From Squalus acanthias (lineage: Eukaryota), in contig CM059432.1 of NCBI GenBank assembly GCA_030390025.1, positions 110,176,001 through 110,240,000 on the forward strand: a DNA stretch of 64,000 bases. The letters run 5' to 3'. Positions 51,501-62,925 of the stretch are shown piece after piece. The notes under the pieces were generated by a model. It saw nothing but the letters and a program-made list of their open reading frames with translations, was not told where the DNA came from and did not search any database. Each line of letters starts with the position of its first letter. The first letter of the stretch is position 1. The translations under genes and the position numbers were made by a program.

Positions 51501-52254
51501 CTGTAATGGCCACAATATCATAACCATATGTAGTTATTTGTGCCATTAACTCGTCTATTTTGTTACGAATGCTACGTGCATTCAGATAGAGAACTTTCAA
51601 ATATGCTTTGTGGCACTTAGTTCCTGCTTTTTCACTTTTTACCACTTTACCTTTTACTCCACACACTCTGTCCCTTCCTGCCACGCTCTGATTTGTGATT
51701 CCCCTACTGCTACCTATGTCTATGACCCTCTCTGTTGTCATTTTTATTTTTTGCTCTCTTGAAACCTCCCCCCCACTAATTAGTTTAAAGCCCTCTCCAC
51801 AGCCCTAGTTATTCGATTCGCCAGGACACTAGTCCCAGCACTGGCCAAGTGAAGTCCGTCCCAACGGAACAGCTCTCTCCTGCCCCAGTACTGGTGCCAG
51901 TGTCCCAAGAAGCAAAACCCATTTTTCCCACACCAGTCTTTGAGCCACGCATTCAACGCCCTGATTTTATTTACCCTAGCCAAATTTGCTCGTGGCTCAG
52001 GTAGTAATCCAGAGATTATTACCCTCGAGGTTCTGCTTTTTAATTTGGCCCCTAGCTGCTCAAACTCCCTCAGCAGAACCTCTTTCCTTGTCCTATCTAT
52101 GTCATTGGTACCAACATGGACCACGACAACTGGATCCTCCCCCTCCCACTCCAAGTTTCTCTCCAGCCCAGAGGAGATGTCCTTAACCCTGGCACCGGGC
52201 AGGCAACACAGCCTTCGGGACTCTCGCTCTTGGCTGCAAAGAACCCTATCTATC
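48551..52254 (-). mobile_element. Young CR1 LINE, 5'-truncated within ORF1, with intact ORF2
   Basis: ORF1 esterase half (VHVGTND, DGLHL, ends RALN*), (ttcttatg)n tail, TSD caa at 48548-48550 and 52255-52257. Confidence 0.95.
48790..51741 (-). CDS. CR1 ORF2: APE endonuclease plus reverse transcriptase, 983 aa, uninterrupted; the frame stays open upstream across the ORF1 stop
   Basis: [60 protein letters not shown]. Confidence 0.97.
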   Translation of the reverse strand: MTTERVIDIGSSRGITNQSVAGRDRVCGVKGKVVKSEKAGTKCHKAYLKVLYLNARSIRNKIDELMAQITTYGYDIVAITETWLQGDNAWELNIPGYLTIRKDRQEGRGGGVAMLIKEGITVIQSNDIGSKNHDNETVWVEIRNNKGKKTLVGVVYRPPNSCNSIGRSINQEIVEACNKGTSIIMGDFNYHINWTNQMGQGCLEDEFIECIRDGFLEQYVTEPTRGQATLDLVLCNETGLIKNVLVKDPLGMSDHNMVEFHIQLEGEKVGSQTSVLSLNKGDYEGMRAELSRVDWENRLKGKTTHDQWCTFKELFYNFQKKYIPLKRKGCKRRDSHPWLSKEIKDSIRLKTRAYKVAKSSGRTEDWENFKRQQKITKRLIKKGKIDYESKLAKNIKTDSKSFYSYIKRKRVAKVNVGPLEDETGKLMVGNMEMAKTLNEYFVSVFTVEDTKNIPTLDKQGAIGGEELNMIKITKEVVLGKIMGLKADKSPGPDGLHPRVLKEVAVGIVDALVIIFQNSLDSAKVPADWKTANVTPLFKKGSRQKAGNYRPVSLTSVVGKILESIIKETVTGHLDNHNLIGQSQHGFTKGKSCLTNLLEFFEEVTYRVDKGEPVDVVYLDFQKAFDKVPHKRLLLKVKNHGIGGNILAWIEDWLSNRKQRVGINGSFSDWQSVTSGVPQGSVLGPQLFTIYINDLEEGTKCNISKFADDTKMGGKVVSEEDIKNLQGDIDRLSKWAEIWQMEYNTGKCEVMHFGRKNPRAIYYLNGKKLESTEVQRDLGVLVHETQKVSMQVQQVIKKANGMLAFIARGIEYKNREVLLQLYKVLVRPHLEYCIQFWCPYLRKDILALEAVQKRFTRLIPGMRGWSYEERLGRLGLYSLEFRRMRGDLIETYKIVKGLDRVDAGRMFPMTGETRTRGHSLRIRGCSFKTEMRRNYFTQRVVGPWNMLPQKAVEATTLIKFKTEIDSFLEVKGIKGYGERAGIWT

Positions 52255-54169
52255 CAAGCTCTAAATTGGCTCTGTAATGCCATTTTGAAACGCTGTAGCT
52301 AGTTTAACCCTTTTCTGACGTGAAGTACGCCTGGTGTGAAACACTCCAGTGAAACCTGGCGGGAGCACAAGTGGATAGCTGACTATCGGCTGCAGGTCCA
52401 CTATTACAACGGAGATGTGATGAAGGTAGTAGTAGTAGTATTGGGTCTGAACGTCGCCTCTGATGCTGCTGCATTGAATGTCTTCAGAGACTGCCTGGGA
52501 GGACTTGCTTGGTCTCTCTCTCCCCCCCCCCCATTTTTGCATCCAGGTCCACTCCATCAAAAGCCAGGCAGGTCCTCTCTCACCAACAGTCTCTGAGACT
52601 AGGCAGTCAGCAATGATGACATCATCAGAGGTGACTTTCAGACTGAAAACACTAATTAGTTCATGGGTTCCCACATGCTCCAACTCAATTGCCCAATTAA
52701 GTGAAAATTGCATCAGGCATCCACATTAATCTGGAGTCGGGGGGGAAACACGAAATGCGGATTACACGACCCCAACCCGACCCCAAGACAAAATCCAGCC
52801 CAAAGAGTCTGCACAGGGATATAGATAGACTAAGTGAGTGGGCAGTAAGGTGACAGATGGAGTATAATGTAGGGAAATGTGAGGTTATTCACTTTGGTAG
52901 GAAGAATAGAAAAACAGAATATTTTTTAAATGGTGAGAAACTTTCAAATGTTGGTGCTCAGATATTTGGGTGTCCTCGTGCAAGAAACACAGAAAGCTTG
53001 CATGCAGGTACAGCAAGCAATAAGGAAGGCAAATGGCATGTTGGCCTTTATTGCAAGGGGGTTGAGTATAAGAGTAAGAAAGTCTTGCTACAATTGTACA
53101 GGGTTTGGTGAGACCACACCTGGAGTACTGTGCACAGTTTTGGCTTCTTTATCTAAGAAAAGATATACTTGCCTTGGAGGCGGTGCAACCAAGATTCACT
53201 AGATTGATTCCTGGGATGAGAGGGCTGTCCTATGATGAGAGATTGTGTAGAATGGGCCTATACTCTCTGGAGTTTATAAGAATGAGAGGTGATCTCATTG
53301 AAACATACAAGATTCTGAAGGAGATAGACAGGGTAAATGCTGAGAGGTTGTTTCCCCTGGCTGGAGTGTCTAGAACTAGGGGGCATAGTCTCAGAGGGTT
53401 GTGAATCTTTGGAATTCTCTGCCCCAGAGGACTGTGAATGCAGAGTCTTTGCGTATATGCAAGGCTGAGAGATAGATTTTTGGACTCTCGGGGAATCAAG
53501 GGATATGGAGATCGGACGGGAAAGTGGAGTTGAGGTCGATGATCAGCCATGATCTTACTGAATGGTGGAGCAGGCTCGAGGGGCTATATGGCCTTCTCCT
53601 GCTCCTATTTCTTATGTTCTTATGAGGGACTTCAGTTACGTGGATAGACGGGAGAAGCTGGGATTGTTCTCCTTAGAACAGAGAAGGTTGAGAGGAGATT
53701 TGATAGAGCTGTTCAAAATGATGAGGGGTCTAGACAGAGTAGATAGAAAGAAACTGTTCCCCCATTGGCGGAAGGATCGAGAACAAGAGGACACAGATTT
53801 AAGGTGATTGGCAGAAGAACCAAAGGCGAGATGAGGAAAAAACTTTTTTACGCAGTGAGTGGTTAGGACCTGGAATGCATTGCCTGAAAGGGTGGTGGAG
53901 GCAGACTCAATCGTGGCTTTCAAAAGGGAATTGGACAAGTACCTGAGGGAAAAAAAATTGCAGGGCTACGGGGAAAGGGTGGGGGACTGAGATTAGCTGA
54001 AGTGCACTTGCAGAGAACTGGCATGGGCTCAACGGGCCGAATGGCCTCCTTCTGTGCTGTAACCATTCTATGATTCATCTCCAACCCTACAAACACCCCC
54101 AAACTCTCCATTCCTCTGGCTCTGGTCTTTTGTGCAACAACATTCCTTCATCCCACCATTGGGACCATA

Positions 54170-55130
54170 TATATTTATTTAATTCATGCTCAGGATGTGG
54201 GTATCATTGGCAAGGCAAGCATTTAATACCCAGCCCTTTGAGAAGGTGGTGGTGAGCTTTCTTCTTGAACCGCTGCAGTCCGTGTGGTGAAGGTACTCCC
54301 ACAGTACTGTTAGGTAGTGAGTTCTAGGATTTTGACCCAGCGATGATAAAGGAACAGCAATTTATGTTGAAGTCTGGATGGTGTGTGACTTGGAGGTGAT
54401 GGTATTTCCATGCACCTGCTGTCCTTGTCCATCTAAGTGGTGGAGGTTGCGGGTTTGGGAGATGCTGTCGGAGAAGCCTTGGCGAATTGGTGCAATGCAT
54501 CATATAAGTATACACAGCAGCCACTATGCGCCAGTAGTGGAGGGAGTGAATGTTTAAGGTAGTGCATGGGCTGCCAATCAAGCAGACAGTTTTGTCCTGG
54601 ATGGTGTCGAGCTTCTTGAGTGTTGTTGCAGTTGCACTCATCCAGGCAAGTGGAGAGTATTCCATCACACTGCTGACTTGTGCCTTGTAGGTAGTAGAAA
54701 GGCTTTGGTGAGTCAGGAGGCGAGTCATTTGCCGCAGAATAATCAGCCTCTGACCTGCTCTAGTAGCCACAGTATTTCTGTGGCTGGTCCAATTGAGTTT
54801 CTGGTCAATGGCAACCCCCACCAGGATGTTGAGGGTGGAGGATTTGGCAATGGTGATGCCATTGAATGCCATGGGGAGATGGTTGGACTCTCTTGTTGGA
54901 GATGGTCATTGCCTGGCATTTGTGTGGCACAAATGTTACTTGCCACTTATCAGTATTTGCCCTATTGTCCAGGTCTGGCTGCATGTGGGCATAGATTGCT
55001 TTATTATCTAGAAATTGCGAATAGAGCAGAACAATGTGCAATCGTCAGCAAACAGACACACTTTTGATGGAGCCGAAGTTAGTTTGGCCTTGCATGCAGC
55101 CCTGAGGAATTCCTGTAGAAATGTCCTGGC
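54170..55130 (-). mobile_element. CR1/L2-group LINE 3' portion (same lineage as 19700)
   Basis: GVAIDQKLNWTSH...YKAQVSSVMEYSPLAW...LDTIQDK; GIPQG-like remnant near 55100. Confidence 0.82.
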
Positions 55131-55140
55131 TCCGAGATGA

Positions 55141-55227
55141 TTGTGTGCTCAAATCTCTGGAGTGGGATTTGAACCCACGACGTTCTGATTCAGAGGGGAT
55201 AGTGCTCCCACTGAGCCACAGCTGACA
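55141..55227 (-). mobile_element. tRNA-derived SINE head fragment
   Basis: tggctcagtgg...gggttcaaatcccactccaga, homologous to the head of 33628-34074. Confidence 0.75.
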
Positions 55228-56501
55228 TGCAATCAACCCCCAAATAGAGTAGTGGCAATGAAAACCTTGGAATCATTTCAGAAACAACTGGACGCCATAT
55301 GGGGAAACTTCAGGGGCTTTCTGGATAGATTAATTAAAATGGGCCTTAAGGCCTTCCTCATCCATAACTATCTTGTGAACTAAAGATAGTTCACCAGAGA
55401 AGAACAGGTACAGGCCATTTACATTACAATGGAGTTTTTATTGTAAGATGTTGCATTTGTGTGTGATTTCAATCTTTCTTTGGTTACCAAATACTTTTTT
55501 TTGAAGCGACTAAATAGTTCCTTAAAAAAATATAAAATATAGAAGATAATTTTCCCACAATTACACTGGAGGCAATCAACCGGTACAATCAGCTTAATCA
55601 AGATACCCCTCAGCGTCAGGTCATCTGAATAGGAAATCCAAATGTTTGGCTAGTTAGCTGGAAAGAGGGCTGAGAAATTGGTAATGTCCCATTTTCAGCC
55701 GCGTAACCAGAGGCCCGAGGCCAGGCTGAAATTGGGCATTGGTTCTCATTGACATTATTTGGGTGAGCTGGTACCTAGACAGGCATCTCGCCCATTTTAT
55801 ACAACTAAATATCGGGCTGCTTGCCTCACTGGCAACAACTCTAAGGTATTTAAAGGGTAAGTCATGGCAGCACAGCTCGGCCCTGTGGCATGCTCCTCCG
55901 ATACTATGTGGGAAATCAGGGACACTTCCTGTGTCCCTGACGACCATGTATGCGGGAAGTGTATCCAGCTGCAGCTACTGGCAGACCGCACTGCGGCGCT
56001 GGAGCTGCGAATGGATACATACTGGAGCATTCGCAATGCTGAGGACGTCGTGGATAGCACGTTTAATCAGTTGGTCACACCGCAGGTAAAGGCTGCACAG
56101 GCAGGAAGGGAATGGGTGACCGCCAGGCAGAGTAATAAGCGCAGGCAGGTAGTGCAGGGGTCTCTTGTGGCCATCCCCCTCTCAAACAGATATACCGCTT
56201 TGGATATTGTTGAGGGAGATGGCTTATCGGGGGAACGCAGCAGCAGCCAACTTCCTGGCACCATGGGTGGTTCTGCTGCACAGGACAGGAGGAAAAAGAG
56301 CGGGAGAGCTATAGTGATAGGGGATTCTATTGTAAGGGGAATAGATAGGCGTTTCTGCGACTGCAAACGAGACTCCAGGATGGTATGATGCCTCCCTGGT
56401 GCAAGGGTCAAGGATGTCTGAGCGGCTGCAGGGCATTCTGGAGGGGGAGGGTGAACAGCCAGTTGTCGTGGTGCATATAGGTACCAACGATATAGGTAAA
56501 A

Positions 56502-56873
56502 TCTGACCTCGGGTGACTGTCTGTGTGGAGTTTGCACATTCTCCCCGTGTCTGCGTGGGTTTCCTCCGGGTGCTCCGGTTTCCTCCCACAGTCCAAAAAT
56601 GTGCGGGTTAGGTTGATTTGGCTATGATAAATTGACCCTTAGTGTTAGGGGGGATTAAATATGTGGGGTTATGGGGATAGGATGGGATATGTTAGGGGGA
56701 ATTAAATACGTGGGGTTACGGGGGTAGGGTGGGATATGTGTACTGTGGGGAATAAAGCAGGGACAGGGTACTGGATTTGGATGATCAGCCATGATCGTAT
56801 TGAATGGTGGAGCAGGCTCGACGGGCCGAATGGCCTACTCCTGCTCCTAGATTCTATGTTTCTATGTTTCTAT
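56502..56873 (+). mobile_element. V-SINE (HE1-like), 5'-truncated, with a CR1-derived tail
   Basis: V-domain-like gtgtggagtttgcacattctccccgtgtctgcgtgggtttcctccgggtgctccggtttcctcccacagtccaaa; TSD gtaaaa at 56496-56501 and 56874-56879. Confidence 0.88.
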
Positions 56874-59800
56874 GTAAAAACCGGGATGAGGTCCTAAAAG
56901 CTGAATATAGGGAGTTCGGAGGTAAATTAAAAAATAGGACCTCAAAGGTAGTAATCTCAGGATTGCTACCGGTGCGACATGCTAGTCAGAGTAGAAATAG
57001 AAGGATATTTCAGATGAGTACGTGGCTAGAGGAATGGTGCAAGGGGGAGGGATTCAAATTCCTGGGACATTGGAACCGGTTCTGGTTGAGGTGGGACCAA
57101 TACAAACTGGACGGTTTGCACCTGGGCAGGACCGGGACCGATGTCCAAGGGGGACTGTTTGCCAGTGCTGTTGGGGAGGGTTTAAACTAAAATGGCAGGG
57201 GGTTGGGAACCTGTGCAGGGCAACAGAGGAAAGGGAAGCAAGGATAGAAGCAAAAGACAGGAAGGAGAAAAGCAAAAGTGGAAGGCAGAGAAATCAAGGG
57301 TGTAAATCAAACATGGCCACAGTAAATAATAATTCTAAAAGGTCTAAGAGTGTTAAAAAAACAAGCCTGAAGGCTTTGTGTCTTAATGCGAGGAGCATTC
57401 GTAATAAGGTGGATGAATTAGCTGCGCAAATAGATGTAAACGGATATGATATAATTGGGATAACGGAGACATGGCTCCAGGGTGACCAAGGCTGGGTATT
57501 CAATATTCAGGAAAGACAGGCAAAAAGGAAAAGGAGGTGGGGTAGCATTGCTGGTTAAAGGGGAGTTTAACACAATAGTAAGGAAGGATATTAGCTCTGA
57601 TGATGTGGAATCTGTATGGGTAGAGCTGAGAAATACCATGGGGCAGAAAACGTTAGTGGGAGTTGTATACAGACCCCCAAACAGTAATGCTGAGGTTGGG
57701 GATGGCATTAAACGGGAAATTAGAGACACGTGCAATAAGGGCACAGCAGTTATCATGGGTGACTTTAATCTACATATAGATTGGGCTAATCAAATTACGA
57801 ACAATACTGTGGAGGAGGAATTCCTGGAGTGTATACCGGATGGTTTCCTGGACCAATATGTCGAGGAACCAACTAGAGATCAGGCCATCTTAGACTGGGT
57901 ATTACGTAATGAGAAAGCATTAATTAGCAATCTTGTTGTGCGAGGCCCCTTGGGGAGGAGCGATCATAATATGATAGAATTCTTCATTAAGATAGAGAGT
58001 GAAGTAGTTGACTCAGAGACTAGGGTCCTGAATTTAAATAAAGGAAACTACGATGGTATGAGGCGCGAGTTGGCTAGGATGGATTGGGGAACGTTACTTA
58101 AAGGGTTGACGGTGGAAAGGCAATGGTAAACATTTAAAGATCGCATGGATGAACTACAGAATTTGTTCATCCCTGTTTGGCATAAAAATAAAACAAAAAA
58201 GGTGACTCAACCGTGGTTAACAAGGGAAATTAGGGATAGCATAAGATCCAAAGAGAGGACATATAAATTGGCCAGAAAAAGCAGCAAACCTGAGGATTGG
58301 GAGCAGTTTAGGATTCAGCAAAGGAGGGCAAAGGGATTAATTAAGAGGGGAAAATCGAGTAAGCTTGCAGGGAACATAAAAACTGACTGTAAAAGCTTCT
58401 ATAGATAAGTGAAGAGAAAAAGATTGGTGAAGTCAAGTATAGGTCCCTTGCAGTCAGAATCAGGGGAATTTATAATGGGGAACAAAGAAATGGCAGACCA
58501 ATTAAATACATACTTTGGTTCTGTCTTCACAAAGGAGGACACAAATAACCTCCCAGAGATGTCGGGGAACATAGGGTCTAATGAGGGAGGAATTGAATGA
58601 AATCAGTATTTGTAGGGAAATGGTGTTAGGGAAATTGACGGGATTGAAGGCCGATAAATCCCCAGGGCCTGATAATCTACATCCTAGGGTACTTAAGGAA
58701 GTGGCCCTAGAAATAGTAGATGCATTGCTGGTCATCTTCCAAAATTCTATAGACTCTGGAACAGTTCCCATGGATTGGAGGGTAGCTAATGTAACCCCAC
58801 TATTTAAAAAAGGTGGTAGAGAGAAAACGGGGAAATATAGACTGGTGAGCCGGACATCGGTCGTGGGGAAAATGCTAGAGTCCATTATAAAAGATGTAAT
58901 AGCAGAGCACTTGGAAAACAGTGACAGGATCGGACAAAGTCAAGATGGATTTACAAAAGGTAAATCATGCTTGACTAATCTACTGGAATTTTTTGAGGAT
59001 GTAACTGGTAGAATAGATAAGGGAGAACCAGTGGATGTGGTGTATTTGGACTTTCAGAAGGCTTTCGATAAGGTCCCGCATAAGAGATTAGCGTGCAAAG
59101 CTAAAGCATATGGGATTGGGGGTAAGGTATTGACTTCGATAGAGAAATGGTTGGCAGACAGGAAGCAAAGAGTTGGAATAAACGGGTCTTTTTCCAAGTG
59201 GCAGGCAGTGACTAGTGGGGTTCCGCAGGGATCGGTGCTAGGACCCCAGTTATTCACAATATATATTAATGATCTAGACGAGGGAACTAGATGTAATATC
59301 TCTAAGTTTGCAGACGACACAAAGCTGGGTGGGCGTGTGTGCTGTGAGGAGGATGCAGAGAAACTCCAGTATGATTTGGACAGGTTGGATGCAGTATAAT
59401 GTGGATAAATGCGAGGTTATCCACTTTGGTGGCAAAAACAGGAAGGCAGATTATCTGAACAGCAATAGATTGGGAAAAGGGGAAGTGCAACGAGACCTGG
59501 GTGTCCTTGTGCACCAGTCGCTGAAGGTAAGCATGCAGGTGCAGCAGGCGGTTAAGAAGGCAAATGGTATGTTGGCTTTCATAGCGAGAGGATTCGAGTA
59601 CAGGAGCAAGGATGTCTTGCTGCAGTTGTACAGGGCCTTGGTGAGACTACACCTTGAGTATTTTGTGCAGTTTTGGTCGCCTTATCTGAGGAAGGATGTT
59701 CTTGCCATGGAGGGAGTGCAGCGAAGATTTACCAGTCTGATACCTGGGATGGCAGGAATGACATATGGAGAGAGATTGGGTCGATTGGGCTTGTATTTGC

Positions 59801-60181
59801 TAGAGTTTAGAAGAATAAGAGGGGATCTCATTGAAACTTATAAAATTCTAACAGGACTAGACAGACTAGATGCAGGAAGGATATTCCCGATGGTGGGGGA
59901 GTCCAGAATCAGGGGTCACAGTTTAAGGATAAGGACTGAGATGAGGAGGAATTTCTTCACCCAGAGAGAGGTGAACCTGTGGAATTCTCTACCACAGAAG
60001 GCAGTTGAGGCCAATTCATTAAATATGTTCAAGAAGGAGTTAGATATATTTCTTAAGGCTAAAGGGATCAAGGGATATGGGGAGAAAGCAGGGACAGGGT
60101 ACTGAATTTGGATGATCAGCCATGATCTCATTAAATGGCAGAACAGGCTCGAGGGGCCGAATGGCCGACTCCTGCTCCTAT

Positions 60182-62925
60182 AGAAACATAGAACAGTACA
60201 GCACAGTACAGGCCCTTCGGCCCTCGATGTTGTGCCGAGCATTGTCTGAGACCAAGATCAAGCTATCACACTCCCTATCACTCTGGTGTGCTCCATGTGC
60301 TTATCCAATAACCGCTTGAAAGTTCCTAAAGTGTCCGACTCCACTATCACAGCAGGCAGTCCATTCCACACCCCAACCACTCTCTGAGTAAAGAATCTAC
60401 CTCGGACATCCCTTCTATATCTCCCCCCATGCACCTTATAGTTATGCCCCCTTGTAACAGCTGCCTCTACCCGAGGAAATAGTCTCTGAACATCCACTCT
60501 ATCTATCCCCCTCATCATCTTATAAACCTCTATTAAGTCGCCTCTCATCCTCCTCCGCTCTAAAGAGAAAAGCCCCAACTCCCTCAATCTTTCCTCATAA
60601 GACCTCCCCCCCAAACCAGGCAGCATCCTGGTAAATCTCCTTTGCACTCTTTCCAATGCTTCCATGTCCTTCCTATAGTGAGGTGACCAGAACTGCACAC
60701 AATATTCCAAATGTGGTCTCACCAAGGTCCTGTACAGTTGCAGCATAACCTCACGGTTCTTAAACTCAAACCCTCTGTTAATAAACGCCAACACACCATA
60801 GGCCTTCTTTACTGCTCTATCCACTTGAGTGGCAACCTTCAGAGATCTGTGGATATGAACCCCCAGATCCCTCTGCTCCTCCACGTTCCTCAGAACCCTG
60901 CCGTTGACCCTGTAATCCTTATTCAAATTTGCCCTACCAAAATGAATCACCTCGCACTTATCAGGGTTAAATTCCATCTGCCATTTTTCGGCCCAGCTCT
61001 GCATCCTATCAATGTCTCTTTGCAGCCTACAACTGCCCTCCACCTCATCCACTACTCCACCAATCTTGGTGTCATCAGCAAATTTACTGATCCACCCTTC
61101 AGTCCCCTCCTCCAAGTCATTGATAAAAATCACAAACAGCAGAGGACCCAGCACCGACCCCTGTGGCACACCGCTGGTAACTGGTCTCCAGTCCGAAAAT
61201 GTTCCATCCACCACCACCCTCTGCCTTCTATGAGATAGCCAGTTACTTATCCAATCGGCCAAATTTCCCTCTATCCCACAACTCCTTACTTTCTTCATGA
61301 GCCGACCATGGGGAACCTTATCAAACGCCTTACTAAAATCCATGTATACCACATCAACTGCTCTACCTTCATCTACACACTTAGTTACCTCCTCAAAGAA
61401 TTCAATCAAATTTGTTAGGCAAGACTTACCCTTCACGAATCCGTGTTGACTATCCCTGATTAAGTTGCCCCTTTCCAAATGGTCATAAATCCTATCCCTC
61501 AGGACCTTTTCCATTATCTTACCAACCACCGAAGTAAGACTAACCGGCCTTTAATTACCAGGGTCATTCCTATTTCCTTTCTTGGAGAGGAACAACATTC
61601 GCCACTCTCCAGTCCTCTGGCACCATTCCCGTGGACAGTGAGGACCCAAAGATCAAAGCCAGAGGCTCTGCAATCTCCTCCCTTGCCTCCCAAAGAATCC
61701 TAGGATATATCCCATCTGGCCCAGGGGACTTATCGACCCTCAGGTTCTTCAAAATTGCTAAAACATCTTCCCTCAGAACATCTACCACCTCCAGCCTATC
61801 CACCTTTATCACACTCTCATCCTCAAGAACATGGCCCCTCTCCTCGGTGAACACTGACGAAAAGTATTCATTCATCACCTCTCCTATCTCTTCTGACTCC
61901 ATGCACAAGTTCCCACTACTGTCCTTGACCGGCCCTACCCTCACCCTGGTCATTCTTTTATTTCTCACATAAGAGTAAAAAGCCTTGGGGTTTTTCTTGA
62001 TCCGACCCGCCAAGGACTTCTCATGCCCCCTCCTAAGCTCTTTTTTTTAGCTCATTCCTTGCTACCTTGTACCCCTCAATCGACCCAACTGAACCTTGTT
62101 TTCTCATCCTTACATACGCTTCCTTTTTCCTCTTGACTAGACATTCAACCTCTTTTGTGAACCATGGTTCTCTCACTCGGCCATTTCCTCCCTGCCTGAC
62201 AGGGACATACCTATCAAGGACACGCAGTAATTGCTCCATGAAAAAGCTCCACTTTTCGTTTGTGCCTTTCCCTGATAGTTTCTGTTCCCATCTTATACTC
62301 CCTAATTCTTGCCTAATCGCATCATAATTACCCCTCCCCCAATTATAAACCCTGCCCTGCCATATGGCCCTATCCCTCTCCATTGCAATAGTGAAAGTTA
62401 CCGAATTGTGGTCACTATCTCCAAAGTGCTCTCCCACATACAAATCAAACACTTGGCCCGGTTCATTACCCAGTACCAAATCCAACGTTGCCCCAGCTCT
62501 TGTCGGCCTATCCACATATTGTGTCAGGAAACCCTCCTGCACACACTGTGCAAAAACTATCCCATCCGAACTGTTTGACCTATAAAGGTTCCAATCAATA
62601 TTTGGAAAGTTGAAGTCACCCATGACAACTACTCTGTGACCTCCACACCTATTCATAATCTGCTTTGCAATTTCTTCCTCCACATCTCTATTACTATTTG
62701 GGGGCCTGTAGAAAACTCCTAACAACGTGACCGCTCCTTTCCTATTTCTAACTTCAGCCCATATTACCTCAGACGGCAGATCCCCCTCGAACTGCCTTTC
62801 TGCCGCTGTTAAACTATCCTTGATTAACAATGCTACTCCTCCACCTTTCTTACCAACTTCCCTACTCTTACTGAAACATCTATACCCCGGAACTTCCAAC
62901 AACCATTCCTGTCCCTGTTCTAACC
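60182..62925 (-). mobile_element. 5'-truncated CR1 with a nearly intact ORF2 (a few frameshifts)
   Basis: ORFs 62033-62902 (EN: YRPP, MGDFN, SDH), 61570-62013 and 60258-61529 (RT). Confidence 0.94.

Larger units (their letters stand above)
48361..52801. mobile_element. Harbinger-type MITE (about 735 bp native) containing a nested CR1
   Basis: Perfect 13-bp TIR gggctggattttg / caaaatccagccc; TSD AAA at 48358-48360 and 52802-52804. Confidence 0.92.
47181..53621 (+). mobile_element. 5'-truncated CR1 (47181-48360 plus 52805-53621), split by a MITE
   Basis: Removing the MITE restores [30 protein letters not shown]. Confidence 0.92.
46700..54160 (+). mobile_element. L2 3' fragment (46700-46850 plus 54075-54160), split by a CR1 (about 46855-47180 plus 53622-54074)
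   Basis: L2 cctgtccttgctgacctacattgg...cctccctatct resumes as ctccaaccctacaa. The CR1 reads RMVPG|MRDFSYVDR across the gap. Confidence 0.75.

Noticed and set aside
60711..61238. Long antisense ORFs over CR1 RT regions (also 31742-32236, 7594-8235 and others)
   Set aside because: They are shadow frames of LINE ORF2 or chimeric read-through across insertion junctions.
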